NCBI GenBank assembly: GCA_002069755.1
Contig: MWBX01000004.1
Coordinates: 1 to 36,994 of the forward strand
Direction: 5' to 3'
Source: Parcubacteria group bacterium ADurb.Bin247
Lineage (GTDB): Bacteria > Patescibacteriota > Minisyncoccia > Minisyncoccales > CSSED10-335
Length of the DNA stretch: 36,994 bases
Shown: in pieces, positions 1-7,127 of the stretch
Layout of the letters: every line of letters starts with the position of its first letter
Position numbering within the stretch: position 1 is the stretch's first letter
Made by a program: the position numbers and the translations under genes
The notes under the pieces: model-generated
What the model saw: the letters and a program-made list of their open reading frames with translations, nothing else
Databases searched by the model: none
Told to the model about the DNA's origin: nothing

Positions 1-350
1 GGTGTAGTTCCCCCACTAGTAGTGCAAGATACGGTACTTAGCGTTTGTCCGGCAGTAGTTCTTAAATAGTAAGTATATTTAGTATTGGAGCTTAATCCTG
101 AGTTCGTATAATATCCAGATCTAGTACCTGAAAAAAGAGTTGTTACCAATGTAGCTCCTCGACGAATCTCAACCTGAGAATCTGGGCTAACATAATTATA
201 TTTTAATTTTATAGAATTATTAGTAACAGATTCACAACTAATTGAACCACTGGCAGCATAAGCTTGTTCCCCAACAGCAAAAAAAGCAAAAGAGAAAAAC
301 ATTATTATTGCTAATAAAAAGATTATTCTGTTGTAGTTTAAATTCATCAT
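1..350 (-). CDS. Secreted Fn3-like surface protein, N-terminal part (the gene continues past the left edge); paralog of the next gene
   Basis: My own reverse translation from ATGATG at 350 gives MMNLNYNRIIFLLAIIMFFSFAFFAVGEQAYAASGSISCESVTNNSIKLKYNY...YTYYLRTTAGQTLSTVSCTTSGG. It has the same signal peptide and the same Cys-bracketed Fn3-like module as the 507-aa neighbour, and it starts 4 nt after that gene's stop codon. Confidence 0.6.
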   Translation of the reverse strand, partial: MMNLNYNRIIFLLAIIMFFSFAFFAVGEQAYAASGSISCESVTNNSIKLKYNYVSPDSQVEIRRGATLVTTLFSGTRSGYYTNSGLSSNTKYTYYLRTTAGQTLSTVSCTTSGGTT

Positions 351-354
351 ATTA

Positions 355-1878
355 TTAAACTAAATCTTTTCTTAACTTCTCCAACTTTCTCTTAGCTCTA
401 GAATCAAGAACATCTTCTCTTTTTCTCTCAAGCCATTCTACTAGAATAGAAATGTGTTTTCTAAATAGGACAAATATAATTAGAGTAACGAGTAGTGGTA
501 AAATTACAAAATCAATTAACTTATTATTGGTAATGCCTGTTATAATATTGGTTGCCACTCCAGCAACAACGCCTTTCATTACAAACACCTTAGCAGTATC
601 ACTAACTGACTTAGAACCACTAGAAGCATAAACTGTATTAACAAGATTAGTTGATCCAATTCCAAATTGTTGTTCTTGAGCTACTCGAACATTAAAAGTA
701 ACTACCCTACTTTGTCCCTTAGATAAATTACCGATATTAATTCCTTGAGTTATGTCTCCAGCAGTAATAACATTATCAACGGTTAGACCTCCAGCATATA
801 CTAATCCATTAGGTAAAACATCTCTTACAACTACATTATTTGTGTATCCATCTGATTTAACTTTGATATAAAAAGATATTAACTCTCCTGGGGCTACAGT
901 AACAGAGTCTAACCACTCGGTGTTTTTATCTACACTTCTTACCAATTTTTGAATTGTTAAAGAATCTGCTGATTCAACAACTTGCTTAGTGCTGCAAATT
1001 ACCGAAGCTATTAGCGGAGAACCAGTGTTAACTCCATTTCTAAGATAATAATTATAACTTCCACTGCTTAAATTAGTGTCTTCAAAAAGGCCAAAATCAT
1101 TAGAGACTCCCCAGTTTTTAATCAAATTCTTTCCTCTAAAGAGTGAAACATTGTTTCCTTCACTGAAACTATACTCAACACTTATACTATCGCTTGTAAA
1201 TTCTCTACATTTAAGATTGCCACGAACATCATCGTATTTGTTAGTATTAAAACTAAATATCTGACCATAGCTTGTCCCACAACTATTCTGAGCCACAGCT
1301 CTAAAATAATATGTTGTATCTTTTGATAAAAACTCAATAGTTCTGCTAATACTATCGCTAGAATATATGCCTTGCTTGTTAGTAGAATTATTAAGGTGAT
1401 ATTGTGATTCTCCGTATTCAAACCAAAACTGAGTATATTCATCGTAAACCTCAACATCGCCATTCAATACTGCTGATTTAGAAGTAATAGATTCAGCACT
1501 ATATGTAGTAGCAACAGGAGAGTTGCATGTTGTGCCACCAGTTTTGCTAGCAACACATTCAATTGTATCTATTACGAGGCCACCAATTACTAAATGATAT
1601 TCATATACAAAGTTGGTATTTAGCCCTTTGTGAACATAACTACCACTATTAGTTCCCCATCCAAGATCTGCTATTTTAGAATTACCACTAAAAAGCTCTA
1701 CATTTTCAGATGCATTAAAGTATTCGTAGTTAATTTGAATAGAATTATCTGTTTTAGGACCACAAGTAATATTTCCACTAGTGGCATAAGCGGTATCAGC
1801 AACGACAAAAAACACAAGAAAGAAAAACATTATTGTGCTTAAAGAAACTATTCTGTTTTTAATTAAATTCATCATCAT
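355..1878 (-). CDS. Cell-surface protein: signal peptide, three Fn3-like modules, a DUF11-like repeat domain and a C-terminal TM anchor with a long charged tail
   Basis: Signal peptide MMMNLIKNRIVSLSTIMFFFLVFFVVADTAYA. There are two Cys-bracketed modules (SGNITCGPKTDNSIQINYEY... and RGNLKCREFTSDSISVEYSF...) and a WFEYG...TTYYFRAVAQNSCGTSYG Fn3-like module. A DUF11-like stretch reads VAPGELISFYIKVKSDGYTNNVVVRDVLPNGL. The C-terminal TM is LIDFVILPLLVTLIIFVLF, followed by a K/R/E-rich tail. Confidence 0.75.
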   Translation of the reverse strand: MMMNLIKNRIVSLSTIMFFFLVFFVVADTAYATSGNITCGPKTDNSIQINYEYFNASENVELFSGNSKIADLGWGTNSGSYVHKGLNTNFVYEYHLVIGGLVIDTIECVASKTGGTTCNSPVATTYSAESITSKSAVLNGDVEVYDEYTQFWFEYGESQYHLNNSTNKQGIYSSDSISRTIEFLSKDTTYYFRAVAQNSCGTSYGQIFSFNTNKYDDVRGNLKCREFTSDSISVEYSFSEGNNVSLFRGKNLIKNWGVSNDFGLFEDTNLSSGSYNYYLRNGVNTGSPLIASVICSTKQVVESADSLTIQKLVRSVDKNTEWLDSVTVAPGELISFYIKVKSDGYTNNVVVRDVLPNGLVYAGGLTVDNVITAGDITQGINIGNLSKGQSRVVTFNVRVAQEQQFGIGSTNLVNTVYASSGSKSVSDTAKVFVMKGVVAGVATNIITGITNNKLIDFVILPLLVTLIIFVLFRKHISILVEWLERKREDVLDSRAKRKLEKLRKDLV

Positions 1879-1923
1879 ATATCTTTAAAAACTTTAATTG
1901 ATAATTAAAACCTTTAAAAATAT

Positions 1924-1951
1924 GGGAATCAGGTTTAACATTCTGATTCCC
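1924..1951 (-). terminator. Hairpin terminator downstream of the high-GC gene
   Basis: Perfect 9-bp stem GGGAATCAG/CTGATTCCC with a 10-nt loop. On the minus strand it is followed by ATATTTTTAAAGG and lies 14 nt after the TAG stop at 1965. Confidence 0.5.
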
Positions 1952-1964
1952 TTTGTTCAAAGAA

Positions 1965-2861
1965 CTACACCCAAGCCCCATAAAGGAGCTTGCCATCACC
2001 CGTTTTGAGAACGGGGCGGACAAGCCCCTCGGGAGGAGGCATCCATACCATGATGCTCTCCCCCTCAACACGGGAGCCTGAGTTGACTTCAAAGAAGTCT
2101 CCCCAGGACTGCCCGCCCTCAGTCTCCCAGTAGAGCTTGAAGGGCGGTGTTGCCCAAACTCTGGCTTCGCCAGGTGTAACCGACTGAACGTCGGTCACAC
2201 CAGGCTGGGTTACCGTTGGCTGGGTTACCGTTGGCTGAGTTACCGTTGGCTGGCTCGGACAAACAGGAATTACTTCCTGTGTGCCTAGGAGGTAATTCCC
2301 CCTATTTTGGGAAACTAACTGGACTTTCCCTTCGGGGAATGTCCAGAATACCTCCCAACCTTGAGCCTCTAGCTCAAGGTAGGAGTTAATCTCCTCCTGG
2401 TCCATTCCCGTGAACCAGGACCAGTAGGTCCTAAAAACCGTATCGGTCTCCAAAACCTGCTGGATCCTGGCCCAGCTGGTTGGCCGTGAGGCAATAACGC
2501 CAACGGCCTTTCCGCCCGCTTGGGCATACCCTTGTGGATACACCCAAGCTGGGGACTTCCCAGCATTCTCCAGCGGTACTAAGACCTCCGAGAGGTCTTC
2601 GCCCGTGAGGCAGAAAGCCTCTTGGACGAAGACCCTGAAGGCCTCGTCCTCGCTCATAAGAGCGAGTACCTCACCCCACGTTCGTGGGGGCATCTGTTCA
2701 ACGATTACGGGGATATCCCCACTGCTGTCTCCCGAACCGCCAAAGGCGGCCAGGAGGAAGATTGCCACAAGGAGGACAAGTCCCCCTGCGACGATCTTCA
2801 TTCCGTGCCTCTCCAGCCATCCCTTCTGGGACGCTGGAGGAGCTGAAATTTCCTCCTCCAT
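1965..2861 (-). CDS. High-GC hypothetical single-pass membrane protein with a (PTVTQ)x3 linker; family not recognised
   Basis: This is the long ORF in the only GC-rich stretch of the window. I place the start at MEEEISAPP (ATG 2861) because GGAGG sits 7 nt upstream; the track start at 2924 would overlap the -10 box. The TM helix is MKIVAGGLVLLVAIFLLAAFGG. The other ORFs in this stretch look like high-GC shadow frames. Confidence 0.65.
   Translation of the reverse strand: MEEEISAPPASQKGWLERHGMKIVAGGLVLLVAIFLLAAFGGSGDSSGDIPVIVEQMPPRTWGEVLALMSEDEAFRVFVQEAFCLTGEDLSEVLVPLENAGKSPAWVYPQGYAQAGGKAVGVIASRPTSWARIQQVLETDTVFRTYWSWFTGMDQEEINSYLELEAQGWEVFWTFPEGKVQLVSQNRGNYLLGTQEVIPVCPSQPTVTQPTVTQPTVTQPGVTDVQSVTPGEARVWATPPFKLYWETEGGQSWGDFFEVNSGSRVEGESIMVWMPPPEGLVRPVLKTGDGKLLYGAWV
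2205..2249. repeat. 15-bp tandem repeat x3 (ctgggttaccgttgg, ctgggttaccgttgg, ctgagttaccgttgg) encoding PTVTQ x3
   Basis: Read directly from the sequence. The repeat is in frame inside the high-GC CDS. Confidence 0.9.
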
Positions 2862-2922
2862 AACTATCCTCCTCGACTCACCTTTCAAAGAACAAGTCTT
2901 TCTGTAAATCGAGATTGTCTCC

Positions 2923-2950
2923 ACTATACCAAACTATATTTTTTTGTCAA
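2923..2950 (-). promoter_or_regulatory. Sigma70-like promoter of the high-GC gene
   Basis: On the minus strand: TTGACA (2950..2945), 16-nt spacer, TATAGT (2928..2923). This is followed by a UTR of about 55 nt ending in GGAGGATAGTTATG. Confidence 0.5.
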
Positions 2951-3035
2951 GCCCTTGCAATAACATATTTATTATTGGATAAAAAAAGAAAAGAGGAAAA
3001 ATAATGGGGAGATGCAATGCACTCTCCCCTTTTGT

Positions 3036-3122
3036 TCATGCTACTATTTGAATATAGTAGCAATAACCCGTCGCCATTATTAATATAATAACGGCGACTA
3101 GAACATCCCATTCCAGCCTCAT
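3036..3122 (-). CDS. Candidate 28-aa hydrophobic peptide (MRLEWDVLVAVIILIMATGYCYYIQIVA)
   Basis: Hand translation; the ORF is below the track's size cutoff. Upstream are TTTACT-17-TATAAG with ATG 7 nt after the -10 box (leaderless geometry) and a GGGGG tract. Hairpin GGGGAGA/TCTCCCC (3006-3029) plus a U-rich run lies just after the TGA stop. This could be a chance ORF. Confidence 0.3.
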   Translation of the reverse strand: MRLEWDVLVAVIILIMATGYCYYIQIVA

Positions 3123-3140
3123 AGTCCCCCTTATACTTCT

Positions 3141-3181
3141 TTTTTAAAAAAAAGTAAAGTGGGGTTACTTTAAAACCCCAC
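3141..3181 (-). terminator. Rho-independent terminator of the sortase operon, overlapping the sortase stop codon
   Basis: On the minus strand: GTGGGGTT-TTAAAGT-AACCCCAC (3181..3159), followed by TTTACTTTTTTTT. Confidence 0.6.
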
Positions 3182-3752
3182 GAATTCCTAGTCTTTTAAT
3201 GTTTTTTCCTGGTGGCCAACAACTTAAAAGAATAATTTCTTCTTCTCCAGAATCATACTTGGGAACATCCTCTCCTACTTCTAGTATTATACTATCAGTA
3301 ATTTCATAAGTATATAATTTGTTATTGAAATATATTTTAATCTCTTCACCTAATTCAAGAGTCTCAGCTTTACTAAAAACCCAATCATAATTAATATTTG
3401 GCCAACCTGGCGGAGCTGAATGACCTAAAATAATAACTTGACCGCCCTCCCCTGGCAGAGATGATCCTGGAAAATGAGATACTCCCCTTTTTAATGCATT
3501 GTATATCGCATCATCTGATTCATTGTCTGGTATAATTAAAGGGGCAATAATATCAATTGCTTCAATTTCAATACTATTTTCTTTATCGTAGTAAATTACC
3601 TCTTCTTTTTCTTTAATAATACTTTCTATTCCTTCAATGGCATAATTACGATTAAAAAGCCAAGAAATATCATTCCAATTCAAAACAATAATGTTTACTA
3701 CAAACACTAATAGAAACATTTTTAATAAAGTATTAATTCTTGAGTTATGCAT
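3165..3752 (-). CDS. Sortase family transpeptidase with an N-terminal membrane anchor
   Basis: The catalytic triad context is recognisable: His in VIILGHSAPPGW, Cys in ILLSCWPPG, Arg in RLGIRG. The N-terminal TM is LLKMFLLVFVVNIIVL. Confidence 0.8.
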   Translation of the reverse strand: MHNSRINTLLKMFLLVFVVNIIVLNWNDISWLFNRNYAIEGIESIIKEKEEVIYYDKENSIEIEAIDIIAPLIIPDNESDDAIYNALKRGVSHFPGSSLPGEGGQVIILGHSAPPGWPNINYDWVFSKAETLELGEEIKIYFNNKLYTYEITDSIILEVGEDVPKYDSGEEEIILLSCWPPGKNIKRLGIRGVLK

Positions 3753-3760
3753 ATTTGTAA

Positions 3761-4690
3761 TTAACTAATCCAAGGACCTTCAACAACACAGCTAAGTATT
3801 GTAGAGTAATTAAAATAGTGGATAATGGTGAATAAAATTAAAAACTTAAATCCTTTAAATATTAAATCATTGTTTTGAGTATCAAACATTAAAAATACAT
3901 TACTAGTAATAATAAAGCCAACAAATAATACTGAGAAGAGGCTTGCTCTCTTGGCTATTTCATCATATTTTAAAATTAAGTTACCAACTAAAGTTGGCTC
4001 AGCCTCAACAATATTTTGGTTTTCGCTAGATATATATACTCCAGTATCATAGTCACCCAAAACAAAAGGATATGTTTTTGGCTCCTCAACAAAAACAAAC
4101 TCTTCTTTACTCTCAATTGCTTGCTTATCATTCGGAGATCCAAAAACCTGAACTGCAAAATATGTTTTTTGTCCATAAAAATCACCCTCTACTACAGCTA
4201 GCCCAATCTCGGTATAATTACTTGATAGTATGTTTGCTTTGTGACTTGGAGATTGGATCCAAGAACTATGAACATTGGCAGAATCTAGAAAACCTGCAGC
4301 TAGATTTTCTCCCGCATAAGAATAATTGTAGCCCGATACTCTAAACCAGTACCATGGGGACACACCGCTAGGACTCCAATGAGAAAAATAGTTATTAGAA
4401 ATCATATCTTGCGCTTTTAAGTAAGCAGTTTGATTTAGCTGCTCATTTTCTACTAATGGATTTAATCCATAATTAATTCTTTCTTGGTTAGTTAACTGAA
4501 CTAATACTTCCCTACTAACATCGGCAAAAAAGGAAAAATTAGGAATCGCTAAAAACAAAAACATCCCAATGAAATTAATTAAGATAAGCAAGAATAGAAG
4601 ATAAGATAAAAAAGAACCACTCAATATTAACGACCGATAATTATTACTAGCACAAGGAAATACAATAGTCCTTAATTTAGTCATACTCAT
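3761..4690 (-). CDS. CAP/SCP (YkwD-like) domain protein flanked by TM segments
   Basis: CAP-domain pattern LTNQERINYGLNPLVENEQLNQTAYLKAQDM...YFSHWSPSG...YAGENLAAGF...VHSSWIQSPSHKANIL...YTEIGLAV. There are N-terminal and C-terminal hydrophobic helices. Confidence 0.75.
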   Translation of the reverse strand: MSMTKLRTIVFPCASNNYRSLILSGSFLSYLLFLLILINFIGMFLFLAIPNFSFFADVSREVLVQLTNQERINYGLNPLVENEQLNQTAYLKAQDMISNNYFSHWSPSGVSPWYWFRVSGYNYSYAGENLAAGFLDSANVHSSWIQSPSHKANILSSNYTEIGLAVVEGDFYGQKTYFAVQVFGSPNDKQAIESKEEFVFVEEPKTYPFVLGDYDTGVYISSENQNIVEAEPTLVGNLILKYDEIAKRASLFSVLFVGFIITSNVFLMFDTQNNDLIFKGFKFLILFTIIHYFNYSTILSCVVEGPWIS

Positions 4691-4706
4691 ATTATATCAC
4701 CCATAG

Positions 4707-7127
4707 TTAATTTGTCAATACTAATTCAAAATTAGACCCAACAATCTTCACAGTACTTCCCTTTTTAATGGTTCCTGATATTAATCCATCGGCTAAAGTA
4801 TTTTCTACTTTGTCTTGAATAACTCTTTTTATTTCACGAGCCCCAAAAACTGGATTGTAGCCAATGTTAACAATTTCTTTTTTCAATTCTTCAGTAATCT
4901 CAAACTCAATCCCCTTTTCTTCTAAATTATTTTTGATTCTATTTAAAATTAATTGAGCAATATCTAAAAGATGTTCCTTACTTAATGGCTCAAAAAGGAT
5001 AACTGAACTAAAACGGTTAATAAATTCAGGTTTGAAAATTGATTCTTTAAAGAAATAATTTAAAAGCTCTAATTTTAAAGACTCTCCACTCATATTGTCT
5101 TTTTCTAATATTAAATTACTTCCAGCATTACTAGTTGCGATAATAATACAATTTTTGAAATCAACTTTTTGACCCAAACCATCAGTAACACTACCTTCAT
5201 CTAGTATTTGCAAGAAAACATTTAAAACATCGCTATGAGCTTTTTCTAATTCATCTAGTAAAACTAAAGAGAATGGCTTTTGCTTAACCTGGCTTGTTAA
5301 TATTCCCTCTCTACTAGAAGAGCCAATTAATCTTTCAATATCACCTAAAGTTTGAAACTCAGACATATCAATACGAATCATATTTCTTACATTTTTGAAA
5401 TAAACTTCGGCTAAAGCTTTGGCTGTTTCGGTCTTTCCTACCCCAGTTGGACCAATAAAAAGAAATGAACCTATCGGCTTATCATAAGAAGAAATGTCTG
5501 AACGAGACCTTCTTAGAGCTGAAGATATTTCTTTTACTGCACTTTCTTGATTAATTAGTCTTTTATGGATCAACGACTCAAGATTCATTAAAATATCTTT
5601 TTCTTGAGTATCCATTACCCCAATTGGAATATTCATTTTACGAGAAACTATTTTACGGATGTGCTCAGGCAAAAGTGTCTTTTCGTTGGTTTGACTAATA
5701 TACATCATTGCCTCGTCTAATAAATCTAGAGCTTTTTTAGGAAATGGCTCTTCGGGAATATATCTTTCAGAGCAAGCAACAATTTCTTTTATGGCTTGAT
5801 ACGATATTATTTTTCGATACTTAAACTCCATATTAATAGACTGTCTTTGCAAAAAGATTATTGTATCTGCCGGAGATAACTCAAAAACATCTATTTTTTC
5901 AAAAAAAGATCCAACCGAGGAGTTATTGTTAATATTCCTATAGCCAGTATAATCGGTAATTCCAATAATCGGAAAAGAAGCAAGGGGAAGATAATTTGCT
6001 AATACTCCCGATATATCAACCTTACCTGGTTTAGACTCACCTAATAAAAAATTATGAATATCGTTAATAAATAAAACAGTGTTACCCGAATTAACAACTT
6101 CTCTAAATATGTGATCTAAAATGTTTTCTAATTCTTCATTATTATCAACATTGGCTATTAAAAAAGGAATATCTAGTTCAATTACTCTTTTATAATTAAG
6201 ATTAGCCAAACTAGTACCATAAAACATCTTTTTGGCTAAAGCACGAATTATACAAACCCTACCCACTCCTGGATCTCCAACTAATAATACATTATTAATG
6301 TTGCTCTTAGCTAAAACTCTCTCAGTCTCTTCAATTTGTTTCTTGTGTCCAATAATATCAGGGAATCCATTTCTTTTAAAATAATCAGTCCAATTAATAG
6401 AAAACTTATCAAGCATTATGGTATAGCCCGAAGCCCAATCTTTAGCTAACGATCCTTTTTTAATAAGATTTTCCCATTTCCAAAACTTTTTTTTGTTTTC
6501 TTCTTTCTTGCGCATATTATATATCCAGCTAAAAACATTACGCACATCATCAGAAGAAACATCGTAGGCTTTAAACACTTCTTTTAAAATAAAATGGTTT
6601 TCTGATGCAAAGATTAAAACATCGTTTTTTTTGATTCGCACTCCCCCTCTAGCCTTTGATTCTTTAAGAGACCCTAATAATAAAGTCCAGATATCATCAT
6701 TATCTTTAGTAGTTTTTAATAATGTTCGTACTTCTTTAATATCAATACCTAGCCTAGAAAAAACAAAAGTAAAATCACTATCATCTAATAAATTGTATAA
6801 AAATTTACAGGTATCAGTAGAGAAAGACCTTGCTACATCAAAATTAAATAGCTCGGCAATATTTTCACTATCTTTTATCTTGGGATATTTTAACTTTAAA
6901 TTAAAGAAATACTCAATTTGGAAAAATATTAAAAAGAAAGAAAAGAATAAAAATATTAATCCAACAAAACTATCATCTATTATTAAAAAATAAAAAAGAG
7001 ATATTACAAAAAGAAGAAAAAATATTGTTTTAAATAATCTGGCTTTTCTAAAAATAATAAAGCGATTCATCGTCACTGCATTAAATATTAAAGCGCTAGA
7101 TGTATTAAATTTTTCTTTTATTACCAT
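4707..7127 (-). CDS. Membrane-anchored ClpB/ClpC-like double AAA+ protein; D1 is degenerate and D2 is intact
   Basis: D2 has Walker A FIGPTGVGKTETAKALAE and Walker B LVLLDELEKAH. D1 aligns to Clp D1 but reads LVGDPGVGRVCIIRALA and VLFINDIHNFL. There are N-terminal hydrophobic helices (FFLLFVISLFYFLII, GLIFLFFSFFLIFF) and a Clp_N-like segment. I chose the start at ATG 7127, which overlaps the upstream stop by 7 nt; ATG 7070 and the track start at 7184 are alternatives. Confidence 0.8.
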   Translation of the reverse strand: MVIKEKFNTSSALIFNAVTMNRFIIFRKARLFKTIFFLLFVISLFYFLIIDDSFVGLIFLFFSFFLIFFQIEYFFNLKLKYPKIKDSENIAELFNFDVARSFSTDTCKFLYNLLDDSDFTFVFSRLGIDIKEVRTLLKTTKDNDDIWTLLLGSLKESKARGGVRIKKNDVLIFASENHFILKEVFKAYDVSSDDVRNVFSWIYNMRKKEENKKKFWKWENLIKKGSLAKDWASGYTIMLDKFSINWTDYFKRNGFPDIIGHKKQIEETERVLAKSNINNVLLVGDPGVGRVCIIRALAKKMFYGTSLANLNYKRVIELDIPFLIANVDNNEELENILDHIFREVVNSGNTVLFINDIHNFLLGESKPGKVDISGVLANYLPLASFPIIGITDYTGYRNINNNSSVGSFFEKIDVFELSPADTIIFLQRQSINMEFKYRKIISYQAIKEIVACSERYIPEEPFPKKALDLLDEAMMYISQTNEKTLLPEHIRKIVSRKMNIPIGVMDTQEKDILMNLESLIHKRLINQESAVKEISSALRRSRSDISSYDKPIGSFLFIGPTGVGKTETAKALAEVYFKNVRNMIRIDMSEFQTLGDIERLIGSSSREGILTSQVKQKPFSLVLLDELEKAHSDVLNVFLQILDEGSVTDGLGQKVDFKNCIIIATSNAGSNLILEKDNMSGESLKLELLNYFFKESIFKPEFINRFSSVILFEPLSKEHLLDIAQLILNRIKNNLEEKGIEFEITEELKKEIVNIGYNPVFGAREIKRVIQDKVENTLADGLISGTIKKGSTVKIVGSNFELVLTN

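Noticed and set aside
1076-1842. Small ORFs inside or antisense to the surface protein gene. The track also has similar nested ORFs: 3988-4344, 6631-6993, 7957-8163, 11533-11751, 13455-13640, 18809-19027, 22541-22942, 25259-25462, 26189-26740, 29687-29869, 30054-30287, 31633-31896 and 34204-34389.
   Set aside because: All lie within longer ORFs that have recognisable protein families. They have low-complexity or hydrophobic junk translations and no independent signals.
2533-2541. A DnaA-box-like 9-mer, TGTGGATAC.
   Set aside because: It is a single 8/9 match inside a coding region, which is expected by chance.
1859-2907. ORFs of 62-100 aa overlapping the high-GC gene (1859..2092, 2369..2566, 2605..2907, 2622..2846).
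   Set aside because: They are open shadow frames, typical of GC-rich DNA. All are nested in or antisense to the 298-aa ORF, which has the promoter, SD and terminator.
3004-3051. A plus-strand 15-aa ORF (MGRCNALSPFVHATI) with GAGG 7 nt upstream.
   Set aside because: It is too short, it spans two hairpins, and it lacks a convincing promoter. A short antisense RNA, if anything, explains it better.
1924-3164. Flanking direct repeats or an adjacent tRNA or integrase that would define the high-GC island as a mobile element.
   Set aside because: No convincing target-site duplication or inverted terminal repeats are visible at either border. The mobility mechanism is therefore left open.
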